A stretch of DNA of 64,000 nucleotides from Eledone cirrhosa (GCA_964016885.1 OZ024743.1:113646001-113710000); one strand, 5' to 3'. Shown: positions 13,936 to 28,109, counted from the stretch's first letter. Program-made: numbers and translations. Notes: generated from the letters alone by a model not told the origin.

Positions 13936-14789
13936 TGTTGATAGTTGTCTACTTTCATTCTACCATGAGCTGGACGGGTCATCAACAGACTGGGTCAATT
14001 CTCATGCTGAGCCACTGATCCCATGAATGGGCCAGGATCCTGCATATCACTTATATACATTTTCATACTTTACCAAGTGTTACATTGAGCCAGCAGTCTG
14101 CAGCTTTCTTACATATAATTATGGGTTCTACCAAGTACATTCTATTGCAAATACAACAACTGAAGACTCCTTCCAGCCCTTTGTTTGGCAAGTTTTATAT
14201 AACTGGACGTCTTTCCTTTCACCATAAAAATAAATTTAAAATGATATATTCTATTAAGTGCACAATTAATCTTTTAAATGATCTATTTTGATGTGTTTTA
14301 TTGGAAGTAAATAAATAGCTCAAGAAATAATACAATTAAGCTGTTTAAAAATGGCCACATTGTCAGACCTTATACTACCAATGTGGAACAGTGAATTGGC
14401 AGTCATTAGAATGTCTGATAGAATGTGTTGTGCTATTCATTCTGGGTCTCTGTGCTCTGGGGTCGATTCTTCCTCTATACCTCTTTCTCATTCTCTGGAA
14501 GAAATTAGTTGTGTTTCAAGACATGCCATATATAATGACAACACCCCTATGACTGAAGCAAGAGTTATACATCTTTACATACACACTACCAATGTGAAGG
14601 CAGAGTTCTTAGCACATTTGTTCTGGGTCTTTGCACATTGAGTTCAAATCCTGTTGAAGTCCACTTGTCTTTCTGCATTTTGAACTTGATAAATAAACAT
14701 CAGATCAGGGTGGTGGGTTAGCAAAATTGTTAGAGCATAACACATGTCTTGTAGAATTTGTTCTGGCTCTGTTCATTCTGAGGTCAACT

Positions 14790-15115
14790 CCTGCTTCTTG
14801 TCACCTGTAAAATAATGAACTGCCAGGTCTGAAACCCCAAATCTTGCTTCTTGCCACTAGCAAAATTGTCAAACACTAGAACTGGAGCCCCAAATCTTGC
14901 TTCTTGTCAACAGCAAAATGGTCAAACACTAGAACTGAAGCCCCAAATCTTGCTTCTTGTTACCAGTAAAATGGTAAAATGTTAGCACTGACACCAAATC
15001 TTGTATCTTGTCACCAGGACAATGGTTAAATGTTAGAATTGGAGCCCCAAATCCTGCATCTTGTAACCTGTAAAATGGTCAAAATCTTGCTTCTTCTTAC
15101 TGGTAAAATGGTGAT
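14790..15115. repeat. 52-53 bp minisatellite, about 6 degenerate units
   Basis: CCCCAAATCTTGCTTCTTGTCACCAG.AAAATGGT recurs near 14835, 14887, 14940, 14992 and 15044. Confidence 0.85.
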
Positions 15116-15178
15116 TTAGTTATTTAACCAATTTAGGTTAATATCTTACTGTAGGTTAATGCATTACAACACAAGTCA

Positions 15179-15228
15179 GCTTTCCTGATGATTTCCTTCA
15201 AATGAAACAGATCTAGTCCTGTCGAAGC
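15179..15228 (+). ncRNA. Degenerate type I hammerhead motif, family HH-C (related remnants at 28927-28972 and 41190-41215, minus)
   Basis: gctttc-CTGATGA-tttccttcaaat-GAA-ACAG atctagtc CTGT-C-gaagc. Stem II is imperfect. The downstream ACTCTAC...GTATTGAGTACC flank is shared with the 28.9 kb copy. Confidence 0.55.
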
Positions 15229-15724
15229 CATTTCTATATTAAATTTTGTTGTATACACTCTACTAATGTATTGAGTACCTTACTTACTGTGGTTACCCCT
15301 GATTGAACCCGGGATTCACTCACACACACATATATATGATGTCAGACACTGACTGTCTGGTAATTTCTTTTCTATAAATCATATTTTCAATAGAGAAAAA
15401 AATGTTCTATTGTTGTTAGAGTTACTTTTAGATAGAATATGTTTTGTAGTGAATATTTATTTCTATTTCTATTATTATTATTCCCCATCACCCCACCCCT
15501 GCTTTTTCATATAACTGAACTATTCAAACTTTTAATAACTGTTCTAGAATTTTCTTTGATATGGTGAATGCTTTGCTGTGTGTATCGACTGGCAACTGGA
15601 ATATGAAATATGCAATGTAGGTACATATTGAATTTTTCAAATGTTGAATAATTCAAAGATGTCATTGATCGACATGGAAAAATGGTAGGTTCAGTTAGTG
15701 TTAATATATCTTAATATTAGTATA

Positions 15725-16393
15725 TATTAGTGTTATACAGTAACCAGGGTAAGAACGGGATGGAAGAAGTTCAGAGAGCTACTACCATTGCCAGGCTGCG
15801 AAAGGCTTTCCCTTCAAAATGAAAGGCAGACTGTATGATGCGTGCATCATCATCATCGTTTAACATCCATCTTCCATGCTAGCATACGAACAGCAATGTT
15901 ACATGGTAGTGAGACCTGGGTGGTGTGTGCAGAAGACGTGCATAGATTAGAAAGAAACGAAGCTTGCATGCTCCAATGGATGTGTAATAGTAATATACGC
16001 GAACGGCAAAGCATAAACAAATTGAGAAATAGACTAAGCATAAGAGGAATCAAATGCTGTGTGCAGTGGGGGGGGGGGGGAGATTGTGTTGGTATGGACA
16101 TGTGATGTGTATGAAGGATGACAGCTGCATAAAAAGGTGCAGAGCACTAAAAGTCGATGACAGCCTTAGAGTAGGGGGGGGGGGCAAGAAGACCTGGGAC
16201 GAGGTGATAAAAGTTGACCTTGCCCAATTGCACCTCTGGCATTACGCAGTAATACAGAAGACCCGACTTCCCGCGGGTTCAAGCTGAAGATAAAGCATAT
16301 AGACAGTATTACCCCACCTGGCATTGCCCATAACAGGACAACTCATCTAGCCCACGCTAGTGTGCAAGAATGGACATAAAACGGTGATGATGA
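15725..16393 (+). mobile_element. Degenerate RTE LINE 3' fragment
   Basis: AMLHGSETWVVCAEDVHRLERNEACML...LCWYGHVM...KKTWDE; (GAT)n tail; a short antisense tail piece is inserted at about 15845-15882. Confidence 0.85.
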
Positions 16394-16435
16394 GTGTTAA
16401 TATATCTTAGTGTTAGCATATCTTATTAGTATATA

Positions 16436-16536
16436 GAGGGTGTCCCCCAAAATGTATACATACTTTGATTACCTATACAGACAATATTTATTAGAATGCT
16501 GTTTAAGTGTATATACATTTTTTGGAGACAGCCTGT
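16436..16536. mobile_element. About 100-bp Tc1/mariner-type MITE (copies 26155-26257; partial 28478-28536 and 30624-30665)
   Basis: TA-flanked CAGGGTGTC-like TIRs (GAGGGTGTCCCCCAAAATGTATAC...TACATTTTTTGGAGACAGCCTG|TA). Confidence 0.7.
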
Positions 16537-16981
16537 ATTAGTGTTAGTTTATTTTAATGTTGATATGTGTATACAGTATTAAACATCTCACAAGAAATAT
16601 ATATCAGCACTATCATCATCATCATCATCATCATCTACACCAACAATACAATCACCATCATCATCACCACCATCACCAAAACTATTATCGTCATCATCAT
16701 CATCATCATCTACACCAACAATACAGCTATCACCATCATCATCACCATCATTAAAACTATCATTATCATCTACACTCACAATACTATCATCACCATCATC
16801 ATCACCATCATCATCACCATCACCACCATCATTAAAACTATCATCATCATCATCATGTCCATTCTTCCATGCTGGCCTAGGTAGGACTGGAAATTTTGAG
16901 GCAGACTTTTATGGGTTGATGCCTTTCCTGGTGCCATGCCACACATGGACACGGTGTACTTATTCTAAACTAGATACATGT

Positions 16982-17325
16982 GGAGGCACATGGCTTAGTG
17001 GTTAGAGCATTGGCCTTGCAATCGAAAGGTTGTGAGTTCAATTCTGAGACCGGGTGATGTGTTGTTTCCTTGAACAAGACACTTTATTTCACATTGCTCC
17101 ATTTACTCAGCTGTAGAAATGAGATGATAGGGACTGGGGTCTATATCATTCCACTGCAAAGTGGTCGTGAAGGTGCCACGGCAAAAAAGCACCCAGCACT
17201 CACTGTAAATGAGGTTGGTGTTAGGAGGTGCATCCAGCTGTAGAAATCAAGCCAGAATCAGTTCCCGTCCCACCCTTGCAAGCAGGAAAAAAGCGGACGT
17301 AAAATGAAATGATGATGATGATGAT
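16982..17325 (+). mobile_element. tRNA-derived SINE family B, full length
   Basis: A-box TGGCTTAGTGG, B-box GAGTTCAATTC, central CCTTGAACAAGACACTTTATTTCAC, then the GGTTGGTGTTAGGA domain, an RTE tail and (ATG)n. Confidence 0.9.
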
Positions 17326-17553
17326 ACACATCAGTGGGGAATAACAGATGTAAAAATGTTGATGATGATAATGGTGATGATATATATATATATGTTAAAG
17401 CTGACATAGAGTGGTTCAGCATAAAGGGGTGTATGAAAGCATATATGATATTTATGTATAATAAACTTATGAGAGTATCGTTATGGTTCACAGTAGTGAG
17501 TGAGTAAGACTTGATGATGATAGTACTATATATATATAATATATATGTATGTA

Positions 17554-17584
<31 letters not shown>

Positions 17585-17618
17585 CTATATATATGTGTAT
17601 ATATATATATATGTATAT

Positions 17619-18188
17619 TTCGGTAAACCCATACATACATATATATATATGTGTGCATGTATGTATATACATACTACTGTACGTCTGTATACATATATGT
17701 ATGTACGTATACATACTTATATTTAAGTATCAGCTGTACTAAGAGTGAGAAATGAAATTTCATTTTTTCCATTTATTGTTTTCAGTACGCCCGGCCGACT
17801 AACTCACTCGGTATGCAAATTAGGCTGCTCAGTCGTTAATATGCATAAGGAAAGTATATACTTTCAAACGTTCAATCGACTGACAGGAAGGTATACGGTG
17901 CTGATGACAGCTAATCAGCTAGAAACTAGTTCCTGTGTCAGTGTTGAACAAAAGGGCAACGATGGTTGCTAAACACTGTACGGCTTAATTCGGCATGTTT
18001 GTTTACAAACAAACCGAGCATTATAATAAATGTTCAGTAGACCCATACGTACATATATATATATGTGTGCATGTATGTATGTATATACATACTACTGTAC
18101 GTCTGTATACATATGTGTATGTACATATACATACTTATATTTAAGTATCAGCCGTACTAAGAGTGAGAAATGAAATTTCATTTTTTCC

Positions 18189-18190
<2 letters not shown>
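17619..18190 (+). mobile_element. Non-coding hammerhead element HH-A (414-bp monomer plus about 155-bp terminal direct repeat)
   Basis: 17619-17772 is repeated at 18033-18190. Hammerhead core CTGATGA...GAAACTAGT at 17901-17930 has lost its cleavage site through a 7-nt deletion relative to the 32.1 kb copy. Flanked by (TA)n. Confidence 0.8.
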
Positions 18191-18228
<38 letters not shown>

Positions 18229-18811
18229 GTGTATATATATATATATACATGTGTATATATATACATGTGTATGTATATACATGTGTACATATATATGTAT
18301 ATACATTTGTATGTATATACATGTGTATGTATATACATGTGTATGTATATATATATATATGTATATACATGTATATGTATATATATATATGTAAATACAT
18401 GTGTATGTATATATATATGTGTATATATATATGTATATATATATGTGTATGAATATATATGTGTATGAATATATATGTGTTTGTATATATGTGTATGTAT
18501 ATATTCGTGTATATATATATGTGTATATATATATGTGTGTGTGTGTCTATATATATGTGTATATATATATATATATATATGTGTGTATATATATGTATAT
18601 GTATGTATATATTAAAATTAAATGAGAAAAAACTCTAATTACGGGAGTATGAACAAGACAGACGGAAATATTTTTTCATCTAACTTCACTTATTTATAGA
18701 TAATTAGAGTTGTTTCTCATTTAATTTTATATTGCTTCTCTGAGAGATTTCTTTCATTGAGATGTTTGGGTATTAGTGACTAATTAACATTTAATTATAT
18801 ATATATATATA

Positions 18812-19300
18812 CTAGCAGAGGTTTCCGGCGTTGCCCGGGAATGATAGCGGTCCTTATATATTAAAAGAAGAAAGTAAAACATGTAATTAGCTATTTTAAA
18901 TTCCATTTATTGTTCAATTGAGGTACATGAAATCAATTCTCAATTCATAATACAAAAATAATAAAAAATAAAAATACAAAATATCTCACTTTTATGAGAG
19001 GAGATAAATTCTATCATATTTTGAAGGAAATTAAGAAAGAACATCTGGGTAAAAAGCATTCATTGTTTTCTGGTTTGGAGCATACAAAAATAAGCTTTAT
19101 AAACTACCCACTCTGTAATATGTAAGGTGACAATTTCTGAAAAGCTTGAGGACAGTAAGAACTTTCTTCTCCTAGACATCTTTTTTTAAAAGCTAAAATG
19201 TGGATTAAATGATGAATGAGTGAAAATTACATCCATATTTTCACCAGGAAGATATAAATCAATGGTGATGCTTACCTCATTAAAGTTGTCATTGTAAACA
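18812..19300 (-). mobile_element. Helitron 3' end with helicase C-terminal remnant (5' extent uncertain)
   Basis: Minus strand ends CCCGGGCAACGCCGG-AAACCTCTG-CTAG|T (hairpin plus CTAG). 19031-19114 translates RVGSL*SLFLYAPNQKTMNAFYPDVLS*, resembling the RepHel helicase C-terminus. Confidence 0.75.
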
Positions 19301-20002
19301 GATGGCTAGGATCATTGTAAGTCAGTGTGTTATTGTGCTTATTATTATCACTTCTATTTGACAACATCAAATAGCTCTATCTTCTTGTAGTAATGTGCAT
19401 TGTGTTGTAGTTAGTATCACTTAACTTTGCTTAACTTTTGTATGACTGATGTAAAACGACTTTATAAAAGCTAACTCAACATTTTTACAATATCGTGCTT
19501 GTAAATCTTTTAAGAGGATTCTAGACTCTTTAGGAACACAAATGATCATTCCTGAAAGATAGGAATTTTCATGAAAATTCATGTACATTTGTTTTGGAAT
19601 TACAAAGCGTGATTGAGAGGTGGGGGGGGGGGGATCTTCTTCAAAACAATTATTATTATGCATTATGGAACAGACATACAAATACACAGACATTTACAAA
19701 TATTATATAGATAATATATACATGTATGTGTGTATATATACTATACACACATATATAGATAATAACTATGTATGCATATATAAAATATATACAAGTGTGT
19801 ATATGTGTGTATATTTAGTATACACATATGTAGATATCAACCATATATGTAGATAAAAACTCTACGTTCTCTAGATATGTGTAAGAAGGTTGTTAACCAT
19901 TTGTATATATGAAGTCGCTTCCCTACTAATTTATGGTATATAGAGCCCCATATATGGTGTTATTGCCTCTTTTCCCTCACTGGGTCCCCGTGCTCTTCCT
20001 AG

Positions 20003-22523
20003 TACTGTAACTGTGTGTATCTGGTTTCAAATAGGTACACTGTATCCCTGTATGCTGTAACTGTGTATACCTAGTTTAGAATAGGTACACTGTATCCCTG
20101 TATGCTGTAACTGTGTGTATCTGGTTTCAAATAGGTACACTGTATCCCTGTATGCTGTAACTGTGTATACCTAGTTTAGAATAGGTACACTGTATCCCCG
20201 TATGCTGTAACTGTGTATACCTAGTTTAGAATAGGTACACTGTATCCCTGTATACTGTAACTGTGTATACCTAGTTTAGAATAGGTACACTGTATCCCTG
20301 TATACTGTAACTGTGTATACCTAGTTTAGAATAGGTACACTGTATCCCTGTATACTGTAACTGTGTATACCTAGTTTAGAATAGGTACACTGTATCCCTG
20401 TATACTGTAACTGTGTATACCTAGTTTAGAATAGGTACACTGTATCCCTGTATACTGTAACTGTGTATACCTAGTTTAGAATAGGTACACTGTAGCCCTG
20501 TATACTGTAACTGTGTATACCTAGTTTAGAATAGGTACACTGTATCCCTGTATACTGTAACTGTGTATACCTAGTTTAGAATAGGTACACTGTATCCCTG
20601 TATACTGTAACTGTGTATACCTAGTTTAGAATAGGTACACTGTATCCCTGTATACTGTAACTGTGTATACCTAGTTTAGAATAGGTACACTGTATCCCTG
20701 TATGCTGTAACTGTATACCCAGTTTCAAATAGGTACACTGTATCCCTGTATACTGTAACTGTGTATACCCAGTTTAGAATAGGTACACTGTATCCCTGTA
20801 TGCTGTAACTGTGTATACCCAGTTTCAAATAGGTACACTGTATCCCTGTATACTGTAACTGTGTATACCCAGTTTAGAATAGGTACACTGTATCCCTGTA
20901 TGCTGTAACTGTGTATACCTAGTTTAGAATAGGTACACTGTATCCCTGTATACTGTAACTGTGTATACCCAGTTTAGAATAGGTACACTGTATCCCTGTA
21001 TGCTGTAACTGTGTATACCCAGTTTCAAATAGGTACACTGTATCCCTGTATACTGTAACTGTGTATACCTAGTTTAGAATAGGTACACTGTATCCCTGTA
21101 TGCTGTAACTGTATACCCAGTTTCAAATAGGTACACTGTATCCCTGTATACTGTAACTGTGTATACCCAGTTTAGAATAGGTACACTGTATCCCTGTATA
21201 CTGTAACTGTGTATACCCAGTTTAGAATAGGTACACTGTATCCCTGTATACTGTAACTGTGTATACCCAGTTTAGAATAGGTACACTGTATCCCTGTATA
21301 TGGTAACTGTGTGTACCCAGTTTAGAATAGGTACACTGTATCCCTGTATGCTGTAACTGTGTATACCCAGTTTAGAATAGGTACACTGTATCCCTGTATA
21401 CTGTAACTGTGTATACCTAGTTTAGAATAGGTACACTGTATCCCTGTATACTGTAACTGTGTATACCCAGTTTAGAATAGGTACACTGTATCCCTGTATA
21501 CTGTAACTGTGTATACCTAGTTTAGAATAGGTACACTGTACCCCTGTATACTGTAACTGTGTATACCCAGTTTAGAATAGGTACACTGTATCCCTGTATG
21601 CTGTAACTGTGTATACCCAGTTTAGAATAGGTACACTGTATCCCTGTATATGGTAACTGTGTGTACCCAGTTTAGAATAGGTACACTGTATCCCTGTATG
21701 CTGTAACTGTATACCCAGTTTCAAATAGGTACACTGTATCCCTGTATGCTGTAACTGTGTGTACCCAGTTTAGAATAGGTACACTGTATCCTTGTATGCT
21801 GTAACTGTATACCCAGTTTCAAATAGGTACACTGTATCCCTGTATGCTGTAACTGTGTATACCCAGTTTAGAATAGGTACACTGTATCCCTGTATACTAT
21901 AACTGTGTATACCCAGTTTAGAATAGGTACACTGTATCCCTGTATACTGTAACTGTGTATACCCAGTTTAGAATAGGTACACTGTATCCCTGTATACTGT
22001 AACTATGTATACCCAGTTTAGAATAGGTACACTGTATCCCTGTATACTGTAACTGTGTGTACCCAGTTTAGAATAGGTACACTGTATCCCTGTATGCTGT
22101 AACTGTGTGTACCCAGTTTAGAATAGGTACACTGTATCCCTGTATGCTGTAACTGTATACCCAGTTTCAAATAGGTACAATGTGTCCCTGTATGCTGTAA
22201 CTGTGTGCACCCAGTTTCAAACAGGTACACTGTATCCCTGTATGCTGTAACTGTGTGTACCCAGTTTCAAATAGGTACACTGTATGCCTATATTCTGTAA
22301 CTGTATATCCAGTATAGAATAGGTACACTGTATCCCCATATGCTGTAACTGTATATCCAGTTTCAAATAGGTACACTGTGTCCCTGTATGCTGTAACTGT
22401 ATGTACCCAGTTTAGAATATGTACACTGTATCCCTGTATGCTGTAACTGTATACCCAGTTTCAAATATGTACACTGTGTCCCTGTATGCTGTAACTGTGT
22501 ATATCCAGTTTAGGTACACTGTA
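20003..22523. repeat. 50-bp minisatellite, about 50 units (with 48-bp variants)
   Basis: Unit CTGTGTATACC(T/C)AGTTTAGAATAGGTACACTGTATCCCTGTAT(A/G)CTGTAA; a diverged solo monomer lies at about 22643-22682. Confidence 0.97.
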
Positions 22524-23600
22524 GCAAAATGATCACTGGTTAATCTGCACATATTGAACTGCAGGCTAAAATAGCTGTAACATCATAACCAGAAATAGCT
22601 TTCACAAAACAATTAAAGAGAAAAATATAAGTGTAATAATTAGCTGTGTGTATCTGGTTTAGAATAGGTTCACTGTGTCCCTTCATATCATAAGGCACAA
22701 CTACAAGAATTAGTGTCAGGATGGGCATCTGGCTGTGAAACATTGCCTCAAAAAGTCCCATCCAGCCCATGCCAGCATGGAAAAGTTGATGTAAAAATGA
22801 TGATGATAATGACACATCATCCAGTTATAATTATTGTTGTCCATAAAACACTTCAACTCTGATCTGTTACTCACCCTTTGTAAACACTATTGTATGATCC
22901 ACAATACACACTTCGACATATGTGCTAGTACTACTGCTATATACACACATGTTGGCAATTGTTGATTTATTTACTGTAGCCATATATTTGATATTTCTTA
23001 ATTTCTATGCTACTTTAAGTTAGCTTAGCCTCCAGGCGCCTTTGTAGTTCTTCAGAATTCTCAATTTAGTTTTTGTTATACAGAACTCCCCGAGGTTTTT
23101 GAATAACATGGAATTAAAAATCTTCATTTTCAGTCAAACTGCTGCCACTCAATTATTCCTCTACCATATTAAAAGCAGCTGGAATATTGAGGACTTCTCA
23201 GATAGAGATGAATATTAATACAGTTAATATAATGTAGAGTTGTTGACTATTCTATCTTTGAATATTGATTTCTCATTTAGGCAGGAGGCCAGCACATTTT
23301 GGCAAATGGCAAAGTGGATTAAATTAACACCAGCACTTGACTGGTACTTTATTTTATTGACTCTGGAAAGATGAAAGGAAGAGTTGACTTTGGTAGGATT
23401 TGAACTCAGATGTACAAAATCAGGATAAATACCACAATTCTACCACTCCAACACCCTTCTATCTTTTAATATTAAAACTTCATTCATGTATGCCTTGTTT
23501 ATTCATAATTATGTGGCACTCATCAAAAATCCTTCATTGTCATGCATGCATGTAACCAATGCAGTCGTCTCTCTTGCACACCATTTTGGATTCCTCTTAA

Positions 23601-23818
23601 CCCTTTAGCATTTAAACCAGCCGTATCCAGCCAGAATTCTCTCACTTCTTCCTGTTCAAAACAACTGTAACCAGCTGCTCATACTGATGTTATGGTATTG
23701 TTCTCAAAATAAATATCAAAATCTCATAGATTCAATATTATGTGTGATAATTATGTGAGATAAAGTCTTTACCACAAAAATATAATAGTATATATAGAGT
23801 AAAGTAAAAGCTAAAGGG
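23601..23818. mobile_element. piggyBac-type MITE inserted in the RTE LINE
   Basis: TTAA TSD; CCCTTTAGC/GCTAAAGGG TIRs. Confidence 0.9.
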
Positions 23819-24004
23819 TTAAATCCATTTTCTCTTTCAGTTCCTCCAAGCTCTGCCTTTCCTCTCACATTTACATTATGCATCCAATGAAGCATGGGTG
23901 CTTTATTTCTCTCTTGCTTACCCATGTCCCCTGCAGTCACTGCCCATGTTTCACAACTATGCAGCATCACACTTCACACCCAGGCATCATACAGTGGTCA
24001 TTTT

Positions 24005-24331
24005 GATCATCATCCTCATTTTACGTCTGCTTTTCCCTGCTTGCAAGGGTGGGACGGGAACTGATACTGGCTTGATTTCTACTGCTGGATGCCCTTCCTA
24101 ACACCAACCTCATTTACAGTGAGTGCTGGGTGCTTTTTTGCCACGACCACTTTGCAGTGGAATGATAGGGACCTCAGTCCCTATCATCTCATTTCTACAG
24201 CTGAGTAAACTGGAACAATGTGAAATAAAGTCTCTTGCTCAAGGAAACAACACATCACCCGGTCCAAGAATTGAACTCACAACCTTTCGATTGCAGAGCC
24301 AATGCTCTAGCCACTAAGCCATGTGTCTCCA
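24005..24331 (-). mobile_element. SINE-B inserted in the RTE LINE
   Basis: Reverse complement of the 16982 copy. Confidence 0.9.
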
Positions 24332-26031
24332 TTGTATGTAGGGAGAAAACTTTTGTTGTCATCAGTGGGAGTATCTCTCTAAATGTCTTCCATTCTATCC
24401 TTAATCTAGCTATTAGGCTCTCAGAGCACACTCCTCTACTGCTAATTGGGTCACCTAGATAGCAGAAGCTATCCACCACATTATGGATCCTTTATTTGAT
24501 CAGAAAAGGTTTATATCATTGATGATTTCCCCACGTGATTAGCCCTGTGCATCTTTTACATATAAAGTCCTCCCTTCCTGTTAGTCTATTTGATATCCCA
24601 CTACATCTTTTGTGTTTCCAAAATTTACATTGTGTCAAGTTTATGCTAAAATTACATTGTATTGAGTTTATCCGTACTCATTTTCTACATATTGAGCAGA
24701 GCTACTTCCCTGAGGGAATCAGTGTCTTATCTTCTATCCTACTCACTAGCACTTTAGTTTTGGCTACATTTACTCTCAGACCTTTTAATTCCAAATTCTG
24801 TTTCTATAATCAGAACTTATTCACTAGTTCTTTTATGGATCCCGCTATAAGGACCAGATCATTGACATAGAGAATTTTCCAAGTCTTAAACTCCTCTGTT
24901 ATAACCTGGAAAATTTTAATGAACAGCTGTGGGATAATAACCAAACCCTGATGAACTCCTACCTGTACCTTGAATTCCTCACTAAACTCACTTCCTACTT
25001 TCACTTTACTGACAGCTCCTTTGTACATGGTTTGCACTGCTCTCATGAGCCATTTTTCCGCACTTAATTTTCTTTAGGAGCACTAGATAATAGATATAGA
25101 TATTCTGTCAGAGGTCTTTTCTAGATCAACAAAAGCTAAATATAGCAGCTTATTCTTGGCTAGGAACTTCTCTTCCCAGCTATGAAACCAAACTACATCT
25201 TTTCTAATTTGACTCTCTCTAATTAGCTGTGCTATAACTCTTTCCATCACTTTCATAACTTGGTCCATTAGTTTTATTCCTTTATAGTTGCTCCTTCGTA
25301 GAACATCACCTCTACCCTTTTAACAATGTATGATTGCATTGTTCCACCAGTCATTGGTTATGACTCTGTCCTGTATTACATGATTGACTGTGGGTTATTA
25401 GTTTGACTCCTATCTCTCTCGATGATTTTAGCATCTCAGCAACTATCTCTGATGGCCTGCAGCTTTACCATTCTTAATCACCCTGATTGCTTCTTTGATA
25501 CTATAACTGTCAACTTCAATAGCTAGTCCTTCTGTTGGTTAAGTTGAGGGATAGTCTCTCTTCCTCCCATTCATTCTCTACATTCATCAGCCTCTAATAG
25601 TAACATTTCTGGGCCTCTTTCTTTAGAGTATCAGTGGTGCTAAGTGCACCAGAGTAATTTCTAACACACTGTTCCCCAACAACATTCTAATTTACACTAA
25701 CACACTGCCTTGCAATACGGAACACTTCACATCACTGATCCTCATGTCTCAAGACATTGGCAAACTTTCCTATGTCAGCCTCTCTCCGAGCTGAGTAGAG
25801 TATGCCTGTCATCAAGCCTCTCTCTTAGCTACCTGATACCAGTCTCTGCTACCCCTATTTTTCTAGACTTTCCACGCCTGTCTCTTCGTTTTAATCGCTG
25901 TATCCACTGTACTGTTCCACCACCAGGTCACTGCTATCTAGTTGCCACTTTACTCCAGCTGCAAGTTTCATCAGTAGTTTGCAAAAGGATATATATCATA
26001 CTTGTGTGTGTGTGTGTGTATATATATATAC

Positions 26032-26158
<127 letters not shown>

Positions 26159-26370
26159 AGTGTCCGCAAAATTGTATACACACTTTGAGTACCTGTACAG
26201 GCAATATCTATTAGAATTCTGTTGAAGTGTGTATATATTTTTGGGGGGACACCCTTATATATATATATATGTGTGTGTGTATTGTGTGTTGGTGTATTTG
26301 TGTATATAGTAGAGAGAGGGAAATATAATGCTGATAATGATGATGATATTTGTGTGTACCAATGTAAGTG

Positions 26371-26437
<67 letters not shown>

Positions 26438-26452
26438 GAGAGAGAGAGAGAG

Positions 26453-26496
<44 letters not shown>

Positions 26497-26653
26497 CTGA
26501 CAGCATGATGAAGACATAGATATTAATCAACATTGTTGGGAGTCAGATTAAATAAAAAACAATAAAAATGAAATTAATACAAATCAGTGGTGTGAAACAG
26601 ATTTAATCATGATTGGATTGTCATGTGGAGATATTGAGTATATATACATATAT

Positions 26654-26828
<175 letters not shown>

Positions 26829-26901
26829 TATATATATAAATATATATATATAAATATATATAGAAAGCACATGAATCAAAGTTCTGTTCAAACCATTTAT
26901 T

Positions 26902-26948
26902 AGCTTACAATTGTTTCGTCCAAACCGAGGTTTGGAGTCTTCGGAGCA
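26902..26948 (-). ncRNA. Degenerate type I hammerhead motif in a roughly 240-bp insert between (TA)n tracts
   Basis: gct-CCGAAGA-c tccaaacc tc ggtttgga c-GAAA-caattg-TA-agc; U4 changed to C, 8-bp stem II, palindromic stem III. Confidence 0.65.
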
Positions 26949-27140
26949 ATTTTTCAATGATTGTTTACATACATGACCTCCTTTCCAACACAAAGGTAGT
27001 AATAAGGTAGTAATAAATTACTGTCTTTCACTGTTTAGGGTTATATATATAACTATAAAAAGTTTTAGTATATACATAACCATAAATAGTATCCCTAATA
27101 CTATATAAATATATATATATATAAATATATATATATAAAT

Positions 27141-27242
<102 letters not shown>

Positions 27243-27699
27243 AGGTGGGGCATAATTCCTATTACAAAGTTTTAAATCAATTTAAAAATAATACATTATG
27301 TTGCTAATATAACTAATATATTTGTATCAGATCCATGCTCTATAACCATATTAAGACCCCTTCTTCCTCCCGTTAGACCTGTGCGAAATTCCTTCCTTGC
27401 TCACATTTCAACCAGGTTTGATGGTCTTTATTCTCTCGTTCACGATTTCACCGAATTTAAATTCATAGAAATTTGGGACTTGTCTCCTTCTTCACTTTCT
27501 GTTGCTTCACCATTTTGTTTGTTTACACCTGCGTCCCCTTTATTTACGTGTCCCAACGACTTTTTTTAGCCGTTGCTCGCACCAACCGAAGGTATATGGT
27601 CTTTAAAGCGATGAAATGCCTATGATGGTTGGAAGATCACTGATGAAGGACAAACTTTTTTCATATGTAACCCATTTGTAACTCCGCAACGCCCTTATT

Positions 27700-28109
27700 A
27701 TCATCATCATCATCATCATCATTATCGTTTAACGTCCGTGTTCCATGCTTGCATGGGTTTGGACGGAGGGTTTTCCCACTTGAGGCAAGAGTGGTTATCT
27801 TGCTCGCATAGGATTATCTGGCGGGTTTTCTACAGCTGGATGCCCTTCCTAACACCAACCACATTTACAGTGTGGGGCTGGGAGGTTTTTACCGTGTTGC
27901 CTACACGGCCACATTACAGCGTGGACTGTGTGTTTTTTTGACGTGACACCTACACGATCTCATTTGTTTCGGCCTGGATGTTGGGGCACCAACATAACTT
28001 TACATTGAAAGGGGCGGTGTGGATGGGGTGGGGGTGGTGGGACGGGGGTGTATTTTGTTAGAGATGCCTACTGACTGTAGTAGGTTTTACTTTGTATTTA
28101 GGTAAGGCG

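Larger units (their letters stand above)
23520..25980 (-). mobile_element. Degenerate RTE LINE (RT region to near 3' end) with nested piggyBac MITE and SINE-B
   Basis: Fragments [36 protein letters not shown] and LHSCETWA are collinear on the minus strand. Confidence 0.9.

Noticed and set aside
16982-17055. tRNA gene
   Set aside because: tRNA-like head of SINE-B that continues into the SINE body; no complete cloverleaf.
20003-22523. CRISPR-like periodicity
   Set aside because: Head-to-tail units without unique spacers, no cas genes, eukaryotic context; the same applies to 62772-64000.
27638-27692. Hammerhead at CTGATGAAGGAC...TCCGCAACG
   Set aside because: GAAA absent and stem I unsupported; at most a decayed remnant.
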